From Cenococcum geophilum (lineage: Eukaryota): DNA of 64,000 nucleotides. Numbering within the stretch: the stretch's first letter is position 1; the number at the start of each line of letters is the position of its first letter. The notes under the pieces are model-generated. The model had not been told where the DNA came from, ran no database searches, and saw only the letters and a list, made by a program, of their open reading frames with translations. A program made the position numbers and the translations under genes. The DNA is taken from contig CP158635.1 in the NCBI GenBank assembly GCA_050273025.1, forward strand, positions 28,582,001 to 28,646,000. The letters run 5' to 3'. Below, piece after piece: positions 12,287 to 25,357 of this stretch.

Positions 12287-15200
12287 TATAAGAAAATACT
12301 CTAAGAAGTTAGTATTGTTATAAGAAGATAAGGTGGGAATCCTATTACTTATAAACGTGTTATAAGAAGAGAATAAAGTAGCTATAAAAGAATAGCTAGA
12401 GATACGGAAGCTAAAAGCGGAGATATAGAGGAAACAGTCTACTAAAAGACGAGATAAATAGTGTTATTAATAAAAAGACGTATAAGAGGCGACAGCTTAT
12501 AAACTAGAAGAAAATTAAAATAAAGACATTATTATTAGAATCCATTTTAGGTAAATAGGGATAGTAGCTCGTAGACGCGTTATATAGGACAACCTCTAGA
12601 TTAACTTATAACAAACTCTTATAATAAGAAAGGTAAATCCCATCCAATTTTTATTATTATTATTTTAGTTCCATTATAAAGGCATTATAAGAAACTATAG
12701 TGGGAAAAGAGTAGAGGAACTAAGGATAAAGTAAGGTTCTACGCTAGTAAAGAACTAGCTATAAGCCGCATTATAGAGTACCTTTTTACTAAGAATTTCC
12801 CTAGTGGTTTTAGCCGGAACTCTATAAAAGCTTAGTAAAGGCGAAGTCTTAGAGGACCAAGACCCTTAAAGGGGAGGCAATTATAACGGAATTCCCTAGA
12901 AGGTATATATTAGATAAGATAGAAGGAGGTCTTATCTATGTTCCATCTATGTCCTAAAAGACATAGTTAGACAGATAAGGGGTAAAGGGTTTTGCTAGCG
13001 TCTTAGAAAGATTATATAGGGAGCTGGTTCTCCTCTAGAGAAGAACTAGCGATTAGTCTCTAAATAGAAGTGGTTAGAAGCATTTGTCCTTTAATACGTG
13101 AAACTTATTCTACCTTTAACTTACCTTCTATTTACCTTTGACTTACCTTCTACTTACTAGTAACACTGTCGATTAGATAATTATACATTTTAGTTAGGCT
13201 GGCCTCTTACAGAAGCTCGGTTAAATATCTACCTATCCTTTAATCTATAGACGTCGCCAAACTACTACGCTATTATCGCGATCATTACCTATTATATTAA
13301 TAAGAATAGCGCCTAATAAACGAAGCTTCTTATAATGTGGTGGCTTAAAGGTAAACACACTAGCGTAAATTAAGCCTAGATTGTCTTTAATGTAATTAGC
13401 GAATATAGAATTAGTAGGAGGATTAGGTATTTTATGCTTAATAACGCGTTAAGTAACAATATGGCTATTAACTTAATTCTAAAGACGCTCTACCTAAAAA
13501 TGTTAGAAAAGCAGCGAAAGCGACGTTGGCTACGGTGCCTTGGCCATGTCGTTAATCTCTATATATAGGTGTTTCTTCTAGGTAAAAAGGCAGACACTAT
13601 AGTGGAGGAGCTTAAGCTGGCTTATAGTAGGTATAACTTTAAGTTAATCGCAAAGATTTAGAGGCAGTAGGGCGCCCTTGGACGCCTGTATAATATAGTA
13701 AGGTATATTAGGATGTCGCTATAATATTATAAGGAGTTTCGGAGGATTATAGTAGGTAGGGAGTAGTCGGAATTTAATAGGCTTAAGGTTAGTATAGAGA
13801 TTTCTAATGAGATTTTATAATATTTGCCACTAGATAACATTATAAGATAGGGGTTTAATTTGTTTGCTTAACGGATTTTATAATATCCGGCCTATAGTTA
13901 CAATTTTCTAACTCTACTTGTCGCAATATTTAACTTTCTAATTTTATTAACTAACTGCTTTACTAGCTTATTTAAAGTAACGTAATGTAATAGAACTTAT
14001 ACTTTACCTTAATTATATAAGCCATTAATTATAAGTAACGTATTTAGAAGTTCTACGATACTTATATGCTAAAACGTGGCAATAGTGTTAAAAATAATCG
14101 ACTTACACTATATTACTAGTTCCTTCTTAAAAAGCTCTCCTCCGTACTATAGCCGTTCTATAAAGCAACTATATATAGCTAGGGTTATAAGCACACACTC
14201 TACTACTGGTTTACTATAATGGATTAGCTCTTTAATTACACCTAGGACGCCTAGATAGACTTTAAAGAACACTGTATTAAGTATAGTAATTACGATAAAT
14301 ATACCTACCTTAAAGCAGCTGCCTATGCGTCTTAATAGAAGTATAAGGAGTACTATAATCTAGCAAACAAGAGCGCCGCTTACTATGCTACTTAGGTGCT
14401 TTTACTAGATAAGAAGTGGTGGTGGTTTTATTAGCGATTTAACTAGAATGAGAATAAGAAGCACTGGCTTGCTAGTAATCCTAAAGATTTAAATGATCGC
14501 GGTATATAGGGCTTGGTGGAGGATCTCTGGCTAGAGGAGTATAAGGGCAAGTATAGTACTCCTCCTATACCTATTAAGCCTCTATTACCAATTTGCTTTA
14601 TATATAGTAAGACTTTTAGTAGCTTAAAGAATCACAAATAGATTAAATTAGTGCCTTTTAGTAAGTCGGACGCCTATTAAGCCTATATTAAAAGCGACCT
14701 AAAATAAACTAACGATCCTTTAGCTTATTGGAATAGTATCTACCTCTCGTAACTAGACCTCGCCCGATTTGCCCTTAATATATTAGCTATACCGTTAATA
14801 AGCGCCAAATGCGAATATGTGTTTAGTTCTACCAAGCACCTTATTACCGACCCACGAAATTATCTTTAAGCCGATATTATTGAAGCAAATAAGTGCCTTA
14901 AGTCCTGGTTTGGGCGTCCTTAAGCCAGAGCTTTTATAAGAGGCATTAATCCTAACGTTAATGAGTAATATAAGGAAGAAGATGCTACTAAGGCTGCTAC
15001 TAAAGAAGAAGCCGATGGGGTAGGCGATATAACGGGTGATGTAGATTAATAAGCTAGCGAGTAGGAAGATGAGCAGGAAGATAAGTAGGAAGATAAGGAG
15101 GAAGACGAGGATGAAGATAGGCAGGAAGATGAGGACGGAGTTGTTAAATACATTATTATTGACGACTGATTTAGAACTTAACACTATGCTAAGACTTATA

Positions 15201-16764
15201 ATAGTTAGTACTGGCTTCCGAATTGCTCCTTAATCGCTGCTAATGTCTTATAGGCTTAATATATTCGTTTCCTTACTCTATTAGCTTTTGTTATGCTTTC
15301 CTTAAGAGGCTCTACCTATATTGTATACTATTATACCAAAATATATACAATCTATTTGGATTATCTGGATTATCCGGATATATATCCGATTAAGAGCCTT
15401 GATCCTATATTTGGATTGGATTTGAAGCGATTTTTGTATCCAATTTAGTCCACTTGCATTAGTGAGAGTCGTAGATAGTCGGCTCTGCGAGTTAGATTAA
15501 GCTACTACTCTAGCGCCGTGCCTTAAATTAAAATAGGCTTTAAATTAACGAAGTCTTTGTACTTATCCTCTATACTACCAGTGACGTTAAGTATGCGCAT
15601 ATAGAGTTTGGTTTTGAAAGGCTTAGTAGAGCAATTAGTAGTGACTTTTAGTTTAACTTCGCGATATATATATTGCTCCTCCTAAAGCTTTCTTACTGCC
15701 ATAAATGATTTCTTATACCACTTCTTATTCTAGTGCCTTTTAATATAGGTTTTCCGATATAAGGGGTAAAGGAGAATTAAGGCGGCGTATGTAGAAGTAT
15801 CGTTAGTAAGCTTATAGTATTTATTAAAGGTATACCAGCTTGTAATAATAGCAGAAAGGAGGCATTAATTTAAATAATATTAATCCTATAAAACTACTAA
15901 TTAGTAAAGCCTTAATTATAACTAAAAAGCTTACCTTTAACCGCTTATAGTATTTAATAAGTATATCTATAGTATATAGCGTCTGGTTAATTAATAAGAA
16001 GTCGCCTTAGTTTATTATTATAACCTTATAAAATGGCTTTAAAAAGGCATATGTCTCATTAATAATATTCTAATCCTCCGGTAAGAGGTAGTTATCTTTT
16101 ACTTCCTTATACTATTCCTAATAGTACGTATTAATTACTGTCCGAACTTTCTTACTCTTAATGGCTTTAAGTATAGTATACCACGAGTTCTACTAAGTGT
16201 TATTATCTAAAGGAATTAATCGTCTAGCTAAGGTTTTAAACTCGTTCTAGCGAGCCTCCGACGCGTAAATGTGTATAATAAGGTTATAAACTCTACTAAG
16301 CGTACTAATCTCTCTCTAGCCTGCAGCCTTTGCTTCCTTTATCTTTTATATAAGCTTCTTATTAATTACTAAATTCTTATTAAGCTAAACTTGCCAAAGG
16401 GCTTCGTTAATTACCTCTTTGTCTTTAACGTAAAGGAAGGCCTGGAGGGCAAGGTTGATAATATGGCCACTATATCAAATTCGGTGGTAAACTGGATCCT
16501 AAGGGAACCCTTTTTCCTAAAGAGCTGTAGAAATAAAGCGACATATCTTATCGTTTAAGCCGTGATTATCGCCATAGATATAGCCAATATTACCTAAAAT
16601 CCCGTAGCTCTTAGCAATGCAAAGAAAGGCGATGGCTTGGTCCTCACTACCGTGTAAGGGGAGCTCTGGTAAAGTAAGTAGAGCCTTCCGTAACTGCCTT
16701 GTTTCCGCTTCAATAAAATAGGCAATGATTGCTTAAAAGGAACGGTGGTTCGGCGACGTCTACA

Positions 16765-19700
16765 CAGAGGTCTTAATAATTATTAAGTTAGTTATCTAAA
16801 TTACGATTATTTAGATTATCTAATAATTAAAATCGAAATTAAAGGCCTTAATTAGTTATATAGATTATATAGATTATATAAATATATATAAGGGAGTAGG
16901 CGGAGGAGGAAGTTATAATATAGCCTTAGTGACGATTAACAGTTATTAGTAGCTATATCCGTGCAAGCGCCAAGAGGCCAAAATTTTGCTATAGCCCCTA
17001 ATAAAATCTACCTAACACGTAATACTCAGTTATAGCGCGTAATACTCCTATCGCAACGTCTAGTTATATTACTTCCTTTTAGTTAACACTAAGCTTCTAT
17101 TATTAATATTAACACTAGCTATAACTCCCCCACTATCCCCCCGCACCTATAGCTAAAAAAAATAATAAAAAGAAGAAGAAGAAGTAGATAAAGTTTCCGC
17201 CCTTAATAAGTACAATTTACGCGAGTTTAATAACGTAACGGCTACCTATAAGGACCCTTATTACTAAATTAAAATTCCTTAACTAAAATAGAAGAGAGAA
17301 CGTAAGGATAAAGTTCTCTAATTATACGCCCTTAATAAACCTCTAAAAGGCTAACTAGAACGTAGTAATTTAAACTAAAAGCTTTTCTACTATAAGCGCT
17401 GCCAAAAATAGTATTTAAGCCTTATATTTACTCGCGCCTACTTAAAGAATAAACACGGTATAAAAATCCCCCTTAAGACATTTAAAGTTAATAAAGTAAT
17501 AAAGTCTACTATTAGGGCCTTATTTAATAAATAGAAGGAGATAACTGCTAGTAAAATAGACTCTAAAGTTAATAAAATCCTATAAGATTTGGTAAATAAG
17601 GCCGACTTTATAAACGCCCTTTATTACCTTATAGTTACGCGCAATCTTCCTTATACAATTATTATAATAATTTATTGCTTAACGTCCGATTCGGATCCCT
17701 ATTAGGCCCACGCGGACTACTCCTTATATACATATAGGGAGAAAACTCTATTTAAGAAAACCCCGTAATCTATCTCCTTGCCTTTTAGGACTCGCCTACA
17801 GAACGCCTGCGAGGCGCCTACGAGTCACCTATGGTGCTCCTACTACCTTACTTTTTGACCTCCTTAGGAACCACTACTGCTATAATAAGCCTACGGACGC
17901 GCTAGTATCGTAAACTTTACTCTACTACTATAGAGTCATTAGGGGGCACCCGTTACTCACCCCCCTACCTTTTATTACCATTTCCTTTACAACCCAAAAC
18001 TGGTTTAGTATATTTTGGCTAATAAGCTACTAGGTAACCGCCTTAAGGCCTTTTTATATTAAGAGCAGTGTCTTATAGTTCTCTGTGCCAGCTACTAAAA
18101 GTATTACTTCTTAGTTAGTACGTAAGGGGCATAGCAGTATTACGTGCTTTAGTGTCTATCTTAGCTAGCCATATTTATATCTTGGGCTACCTACTAGGAC
18201 ACCCACCTAGTAGAGCTAGTCTTTTAGTCCTATTACTCCTATTCTTAAGAGTGTTGCCATTATATTTTCTGCCTTTATTAGGCCTTCTTAGAGCCCTAAA
18301 GTGTTTACCCCCTATGGCGTTAACTATGCTACGGCTTAGGTTCTTCTTACCTTAGTTAACTTCTATACCTTTAACTTCTATACGCCTCTCTAGCGTTAGT
18401 CCAGCCAGTATTATATTATAGTAGTTGGTTTCCCAGCGTTCTTTTATACTTTACTTTGGCTCTTTTCTCTCTCTTACTATTGTCCTTACTGGCCTCTTAC
18501 GCGTCTCCCTTCCTTCTCTATATAGGCCTGGGCCCTAAAGCAGTACTATTTTTTTTTTTGCTTTCTTTACCTGTTTCTCTAATATATCTTCCCTACTTTA
18601 GGGTTATTGGTTTATTCTCCTATAAGGCGCCCTAAGGTCCCTCTATAGTTTATTTAGGCGTGTCTTAATATACTTTATAATATTAAAGTTGCGTTCCTTT
18701 TGCGCCCTTTATATTATAGCGGCTTTAATATAGTTATAGGGGGGGAATATTAGCTTCCTTCTTAAGCAGTGCTGTGGCCGTTTGCTTATATCCGCCTATT
18801 ATACTCTAGAGGTAGGCTATTTAGACCTTTTAGAGTGGTTTAAGGAGCGATTTAGGGGGGCCTTTCTTAGATTCTCTAATAGCCTAAATACTAGACCTAT
18901 ACGTTATGGTTGGCCGGATAACTGCTATATATAGTAGGCGTAACCTCTAGAAGTATAGGCCCTATATAGAATTAACGATCCTAAATAATGCGATATACTA
19001 TACTTAGCCCTTATGGGCCGCTTAGGCCGCATATACGCTCTACTAGAGCTTACTATCTACCCATACTTTTAATACTCTTAGGCCCTAAACTAGCTAACCT
19101 CTAAAGCCTTAAATACGAATTATATGCTAGAGATCTGCAGATTAGTTGCGTTTTCTTATAAAGTGGATTAGCTGGTACTTCTCTAGTAAGAATTGGACTC
19201 TATATCGTCTTGCCTATTCTATATAGGTATTATAAGCTTTCTCTAGCGTTCTGCAATTCTCTACGGCTATTAGCCTATATATAATTAGGTTTATATCGTT
19301 AATAAAGCCTATCCCCTAGGTCGCCCCTTCCTTAAAGGAGTTAAGTAGGTTGCTTATAAAGAAAAGGAAAAGTATAGGCGAGAGGGGTAATCCTTATAGT
19401 ATTCCTGTTGCAACTGTAATAGGGGGGCTTTAGTATCCGCTAAAGACTAGCAATATTTCTTTTTAGCCTGTAAACCCTTAAATAAATTATATAATCTATT
19501 TTAGGAAGCCTTTTACTCTAAGGATATATAGGAGACGCTTATAGGGTATATTGTTGTAGGCGCCACTAATATTTAGGCTGAGCATTAATACTACGAAGTC
19601 CCTTCGTATCGCCTATGCTAATTTAATGGTGGTAGCGAGTAGCGTAAGTGCTAATAGTGTTAAGCGGTTCTTTCTTGCCCCTATTTAGCTTTATAGTAGT

Positions 19701-22700
19701 AGGGCGTGTTCCTTTACTATGTCTGCTATATAGTCCGCTATTACCCTTTCTAAGATCTTACTAAGGGTATTCTCTAAGGTAATAGGGCGGTAGCTCTCTA
19801 GAAATAAGTAGTCTGCTTTACCTTTTTTACGTAAGATAAACGTTGTTATAGCTCTTCTAAGTCTTGGGTAGTAGCCTATTATAAAGTATGCTCTAGCTAT
19901 ATCCGTAAGCTAAGGTGCTATTAGTGGTCCGTAGGTCTTTAGGGCTTTATTTAGGATCCTATCTAGTCCTAGTACTATATTATTTAAAAGGCGGCTAATA
20001 GTTCTGGCCATTTCTTTGGTTATTATATTACTGTTAACCCTTAGGCGAGTTACCGGTGCTTTACCTATAATATTACTGAGGTCTACTAAAGCTAGTTAGG
20101 GGAAAAATCTTTCTATAAGGATTTTTGCCTTCTCCTTATTATTACTTATAGCTAGTAATTTACCTAGTCTTCGCAGGGGCGGGAGGTGTGGGTCTTCTAC
20201 TGGATATCCTGCCTTTCTTTTTACCTATTTCGCCATCCTCTAAAGACCTTTATTATAGGGGAGGCTTAGGTTAGTAGTATGCTTATTTATAAACCGTCTC
20301 CAGCTATTCCTTACTTCTTTTTTTAGGGTATTCTTTAGCTGGTTTCTTATGTCTTTATAATATCTCTTATCTTTAAAATCGTAGCTACTTATATATTTTC
20401 TTCTTACTCGTTATTAGCTGGCGATAAGAACCGCGTATTGTGCGGACCATATATATCGCGCGTAGGGGCCTGCTTTTAAGACTAGGCAGTGCTCTTCTAA
20501 CCCATTTTTAATTACTACCTAAATCCTTTCTAGTCTTTAGTCGATTTCCTTAGGGGTAGCTACTAAGCCCCGCTTATTTAGTATCGGGTGGATTTCTTCT
20601 AGGTCTTAAAGTTATTGTTTAACTATATTAAGGAAGCTATCTATCTTAAGCTTTCTTATTACATATCTTTTACTATTTAATTATACCTTAATATCTAGAT
20701 CTAGCTATATCTAAATAGGGATATAGTCTAAAGCGAGTGCCTATTTTTCTTTAGGGTTATACCTTTTAAGTCTCTAGTATAGGCCTTCGTCTATAAATAT
20801 AAGGTTAATTATGCTTTTAGCGGTGCCTTATTACTATATAATTGCTCCTAGGGGGGTGGCTAGCTTAAGGCCCTAGGTGTTTATAGCTTTTAGTAAGCAC
20901 TCTGCCTATTATTTAGCAGCAATATAGATACCCCCCTACCGCGGGTAGTAGAGGTTTATATCTCCTAATAGGATAGACTCTATATCTTTAGTTTTTAGTA
21001 AGCTTATTACTAATATAATATTCTCTGTTTATAGAACCCCTTTAACCCTAGGGTTATATATATTAATAATCTAAACCAGTCCCCTATATATCTAGATTAT
21101 TATAACTATAATATCTAGGTTAACTACTTGCTATAACTATAAGGATAGGCTGATAGCCTTACTAATTATAAAGCATACGCGTATGGCTGCTTTTAGTTTA
21201 TATAGGAGCTAGAATCCTTAGGGGTAGTATATTAATTATATATAGGCATTATAATACGGCTCTTGTATAGTAAGGATGTAGTATTTCTCTAGGTCTAAGC
21301 TGTCTAGCAAGGGCCTTACAAGACGGTGGTTTGTATTACCGCAGTTATATTATATAATAGATAGGTGGCGAACCCCTAGCGGGGGTCCTTCGCCTTTCCT
21401 TTATTCCTCGCTTCCTCTATTTTTACTTTCTCTACAATATTTAGAGCTTCTATCTTTTATATCTATATCCTAGTTACTACTTATTTTATATAGAGCTTTT
21501 TATTCCCGTGTTTTATATTCCTAGTAGCGCTTTTATATCTAAATCTATTATTATCTCTAGTTCCTCCCCTATTTTTACTAGTTAGCTATATACCCTTTAA
21601 AAGTCGGCTATAAATATTATATTTACCGCGTTAAGTCTAATTCTTAATTATCTTAGTCTTAAGCTTACTATAGCTATCTATAATAGTCTTTCTATAGGGC
21701 GTCCTCTCCCTTATGTCCCCTGTGACCCTTATATCCCTATACGGTCTAGTAATATCACGCGGCGACGCTTCTGGCCTATTAAGGCTTAGGATAGCTGGCC
21801 TAGCCCCCTAGTATTAAAGGTAGGAAATGCTAGAAAGGTACCTACGCCCCCTTAGCTTATTACCTATTGTTTCCATTTATATAACCTAGCGTGTAGTTAT
21901 TCCCGCAGCTGTTAAGCCCTTACCTTCCGTCTCCTATATTTAATGCAGTTTCCTTTCTCCTATGCCTTATATATACTTTAGTAGCAGTTTACGCATTTTA
22001 TTTAGTCTTAATTTAAGCAGTTTCTTATATTATAGGGGCCTATATAGTGGCCATAGCATACCTATACTGCGCATATAGATTAGGTGTGTCCCTATTATAT
22101 ATAGTAGTAGCATTATTCTAGGCGGAGTTTATAGTTATAAAGCCTTGCGTCGTATATAAGGCCATTTATAATAATACCTTTTTAGATAAGGAGTTTTTGC
22201 ATTCCTAGTATATATGTACTAATAATAAGAGAGCTATATGTTTAACTAGCGTCTCCCTAATAAGTTTCTAGCGACCCTTATATTCTTTTATTGTTCTTAT
22301 TATATACTTAGTTTATATTTTCCTATTAAAGCTATTAGATTTAGGTAATCTTAAGTCCTAGTATAAGGTATTCCGTTTATTTTACTATCTTATATATAGT
22401 TGCCGTATTATCCGCCTAGCGTCCCTTTTCTACCCTAAGGCTTAGGGGAACCGCTAGGACTTTAACTGGGTAATCTTTACAGAGCACTTTTATGCCAATA
22501 CATTCTCCTAGCCTATCCCCTACCCTTATAGCTCGTTCCTTTATCTATTAGTCCCTTAAGGTAACTCTAATATCTCCGCTCCTAAGGTATTAGACTATAA
22601 CAACGTTATAGACCTCCTTATAAATTTCTGTAAGGACTTTTGTTTTTAATTATCCCCTAAGCCCCTCTGCTTTCTCTATATTTAGTTATATTATAATTAT

Positions 22701-25357
22701 ATATCTAGATATTATCTTTAGGGGGGTAGGCTCCCTATACTATAGAGGCGCAGCTACGGCGGCCTAGGTGCGGTTCGCCGGTAAAAAAGGGGTTTATTTA
22801 TTTTTAATTTTACTTAGCCGTTAGAGGATTTAGTTAAGGGTTTACTAAAGGGGCGCCTAAGGTACGCTAGATTGGCGGAGCCATTCTACTAGCTATATTA
22901 GTTCGTTATAGCTAACAGTTACTCCCCTATAACTATAGATACTAGACGCGTCTAATAGGCTTTATATTTTGTTAGATGCCTTCTTAATAGAGGTCTTTCC
23001 GCTTTATAGTATAGTATTCGCCCGTTCTTATTATAGAGGGCCATTACTAGGCGTGGTTCTGGTAGGCGCGCGCGAGTGCAAACTACCGTCGTTTAACGTG
23101 TGCCTTCCCTGCGATGCATATATCTTAGGGGGATTCTCTAGGTGTTTTTTAGGGTTCTTGTAGTTGTTTTTGGTCTTTTTGGGCCGGGTACAGCAAGAGC
23201 TCCTCTTGTCTAATTATACAATTATTAAGTGGCTAGAGTTTAGAGCCTTTCTTTATATTTATAATTATATAGTTAATAACCTCCTCTACAAATCTGCCAA
23301 CTTAGTGCTATTACTTATTAGTAAAACATTTATAATTTATAAGGATTTAGTTAAAAAAAGACTTAAGAAGGTAATATTAAAAGTCTATTTTATAACTAAC
23401 TATTAGACGGCTCTAAATAAGTCAGCTTTCTAGGTAATAACTACTTACTTTATTAATAAAGCTGGCCACCTTTTAAAGGTAACGCTTACTCTATAAAAGT
23501 ATAAGGAGTCTTACGGTAGTAAGGAGCAGGTAAAGGTACTAATTAAGGTATTAAATAAATTTAATATTAAGGAAAGCCAGATTAGCTATATAATAGGTAC
23601 GTTTTATTAGTTAGCCTAAATCTCTATCTAACTCTATTAAATGCTTACCTATTTAGCAGTAAATAGGTAATAATTACGGCAGTAATAATAAGCTCTACCG
23701 TTTAATCTAAAAGCACTTCCCCTCATAGTTAGCTACTTAACACTAAATTTAATATATAGGCCATATAATTAACCTTATTATTTAAGCCTTCCTTTTCTAT
23801 AAAGATAAAGAAGCCGTTAAGATTATAGTTTAGGTAGCTAAATAACTTTAATACAAAGAGCAACTAGTAAATATCCGATCGGAAAATAAGTATAATTAAA
23901 ACAAGGCTATATAAGCTAAATGGCGAGAAATGGGAGCCCTTAGCAAAATCTATAACATTACTATATAGCTAAGGCGTTTAATAGAGCGATATTAAGCCTT
24001 CCTGGCGCTTACTAAGAAGATACTTTCTTATAATAATAATATAAGGTGGAACTCATGGCTTACTATGCTTAAGTCGGCCATTAAGCTTAAAAACGGTATT
24101 TATATCTTTATTAATAAAAACTAGGACTCTATATAGAAGAATAACCTTAGTCGCGATAAATAGGACACTGTCTATAAGACTATTGCCATCTTAGGGCCTT
24201 TTAAGGATATAACGAAGTCCTTAGAAGGCGACTTAATAACTCTAAATAAGGTTTTATAGAGCATAGATTTCCTTATTAAATACGTTAAAAGTAAGCAGAA
24301 GGAATACACTGCTAACACAAACCTCTTAGCGTCGCTTTTAACTATATAGTTTGCTTTTAATAAGTATTATAAGCTAACTAATAAGACTCCTACCTACGCC
24401 TCTGCGCTTCTTCTTAATCTAACACTTTAAAAGAAATATCTAGATAATCACTAGTAGGTGTTAAAGGAGCGAGATCTAGGTATAATTAAGTAAGCAATTA
24501 AGGCAGCACAGAGCCTTTAGAAGAAAAAGTATAAATATAAGCTAGTTAACGGTAAGTAAGTTTAGCAAACTAATCCAGATCTTATTAAGAACGTATATAA
24601 GAGATAGAAGTATAAAAAGCAGCTAGAGCAAGCCTCTACTAATAATAAATTTAAGCGCTTTATTATAGTAAGTTAGACCTCCCTTTTGCAATACCTTCCT
24701 ACTATTCGCGATAGCTAATATTACTAGCTTTTAGTAGGCAACTCCTCTAGCTTTAATTACTAACTCCTCCCTTAGCTAGTGGCTTAAGCCTTCGCAATAA
24801 AAACTCTAGCTAAGGCTTTTACATATAACTATTAATATCCTCTTTATACCTATTATATCGGCTAAATCTAAACGGGTTTTTTCTAGTATATATTAAATAA
24901 TATTATAGTAACGCTTAAGGCTTAGAGTGGGGGTAGTGGAATAAATAGAGTGCTTAAAGAGCTAGATCTGTTAAGTTATAAAGGTAGGTGGCTTTATAAC
25001 AACCAACATAGCCACTAAGGTATTAGGTATTAAAGGACTAAATAAGGTAAAAGGCAATATAGCTAAAAACCTAATTAAGTTACTAGAGGATAAATAGGAG
25101 TATAACTAATACCAGAAGTCTATTACTAACTTCCTCTTTTAGAAGTCTGGTAGGCGCGGTAGTAATTAGCAGTAAGTAGAGACTTCCGTAGGCTTTTATC
25201 CTATACTTAAGCGCTTCTACTAACCCCCCCTAGTATATTAGGTAATATTTATATAATGGTTATAATCTATATAATATAATCGAAATCGAAGGCCTTAATT
25301 ATCAGATAATTGAAATCTAGGTGTCGATTATAATTATATCAATTATTAAGACCCCTA
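16765..25357 (+). mobile_element. hAT-D inserted in hAT-B (own sequence ~3.0 kb: 16765-17664, 23228-25357)
   Basis: TIRs cagaggtcttaataatt and aattattaagaccccta. TSD CGTCTACA (16757-16764) and CGTCCACA (25358-25365), differing by one CpA>TpA change. RNLPYTIIKWLEFRAFL spans the LINE junction; hATC motif INILFIPIISAKSKRVFS at ~24830-24885. Confidence 0.9.
17665..23213 (-). mobile_element. Tad-like non-LTR retrotransposon (LINE), apparently full length, inserted in hAT-D
   Basis: 14-bp TSD TTATACAATTATTA at 17651-17664 and 23214-23227. Minus strand: ORF2 start II*YNCGNTNH (~21355); APE ILLGDINLYYPR*GG (~20960); RT GIL*GLPLSPILFLFFIS (~19390) and GFINDI (~19300); C-terminal CCHC ..KHVILLCP (~18140); gag-like ORF1 upstream. 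Confidence 0.9.

Larger units (their letters stand above)
4866..13211 (+). mobile_element. Gypsy-1: Ty3/Gypsy chromovirus inserted in hAT-C
   Basis: LTRs 4866-5197 and 12882-13211 (TG..CA, partly RIPed). TSD GAAGC at 4861-4865 and 13212-13216. PPT aaaggggaggcaat. Protease LIDSG (~6515); [34 protein letters not shown] (=YLDD); RNase H; integrase; chromodomain EWNVEDIL..FLVRWEGY..SWEPKE (~10295-10410). Confidence 0.93.
3537..15464 (+). mobile_element. hAT-C inserted in hAT-B (own sequence ~3.6 kb: 3537-4865, 13217-15464)
   Basis: Imperfect TIRs tagtgatgcaactagactgga and tagtccacttgcattagtg. TSD AGAGTCGT at 3529-3536 and 15465-15472. LSFNL*TSPN at ~13235; hATC motif DLARFALNILAIPLISAKCEYVFS at ~14755-14830; acidic C-terminal repeat tail. 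Confidence 0.9.

Noticed and set aside
14795..15184. Hydrophobic LIFL-repeat ORF (and the similar 28919-29272 ORF) resembling a membrane protein
   Set aside because: These are the antisense readings of the 12-nt GAGCAGGAAGAT acidic-tail repeats of the hAT-C and hAT-E transposases.
17990..18900. RNase H domain in the LINE
   Set aside because: Only post-RT conserved segments and the C-terminal CCHC finger were recognisable; no RNase H motifs could be supported.
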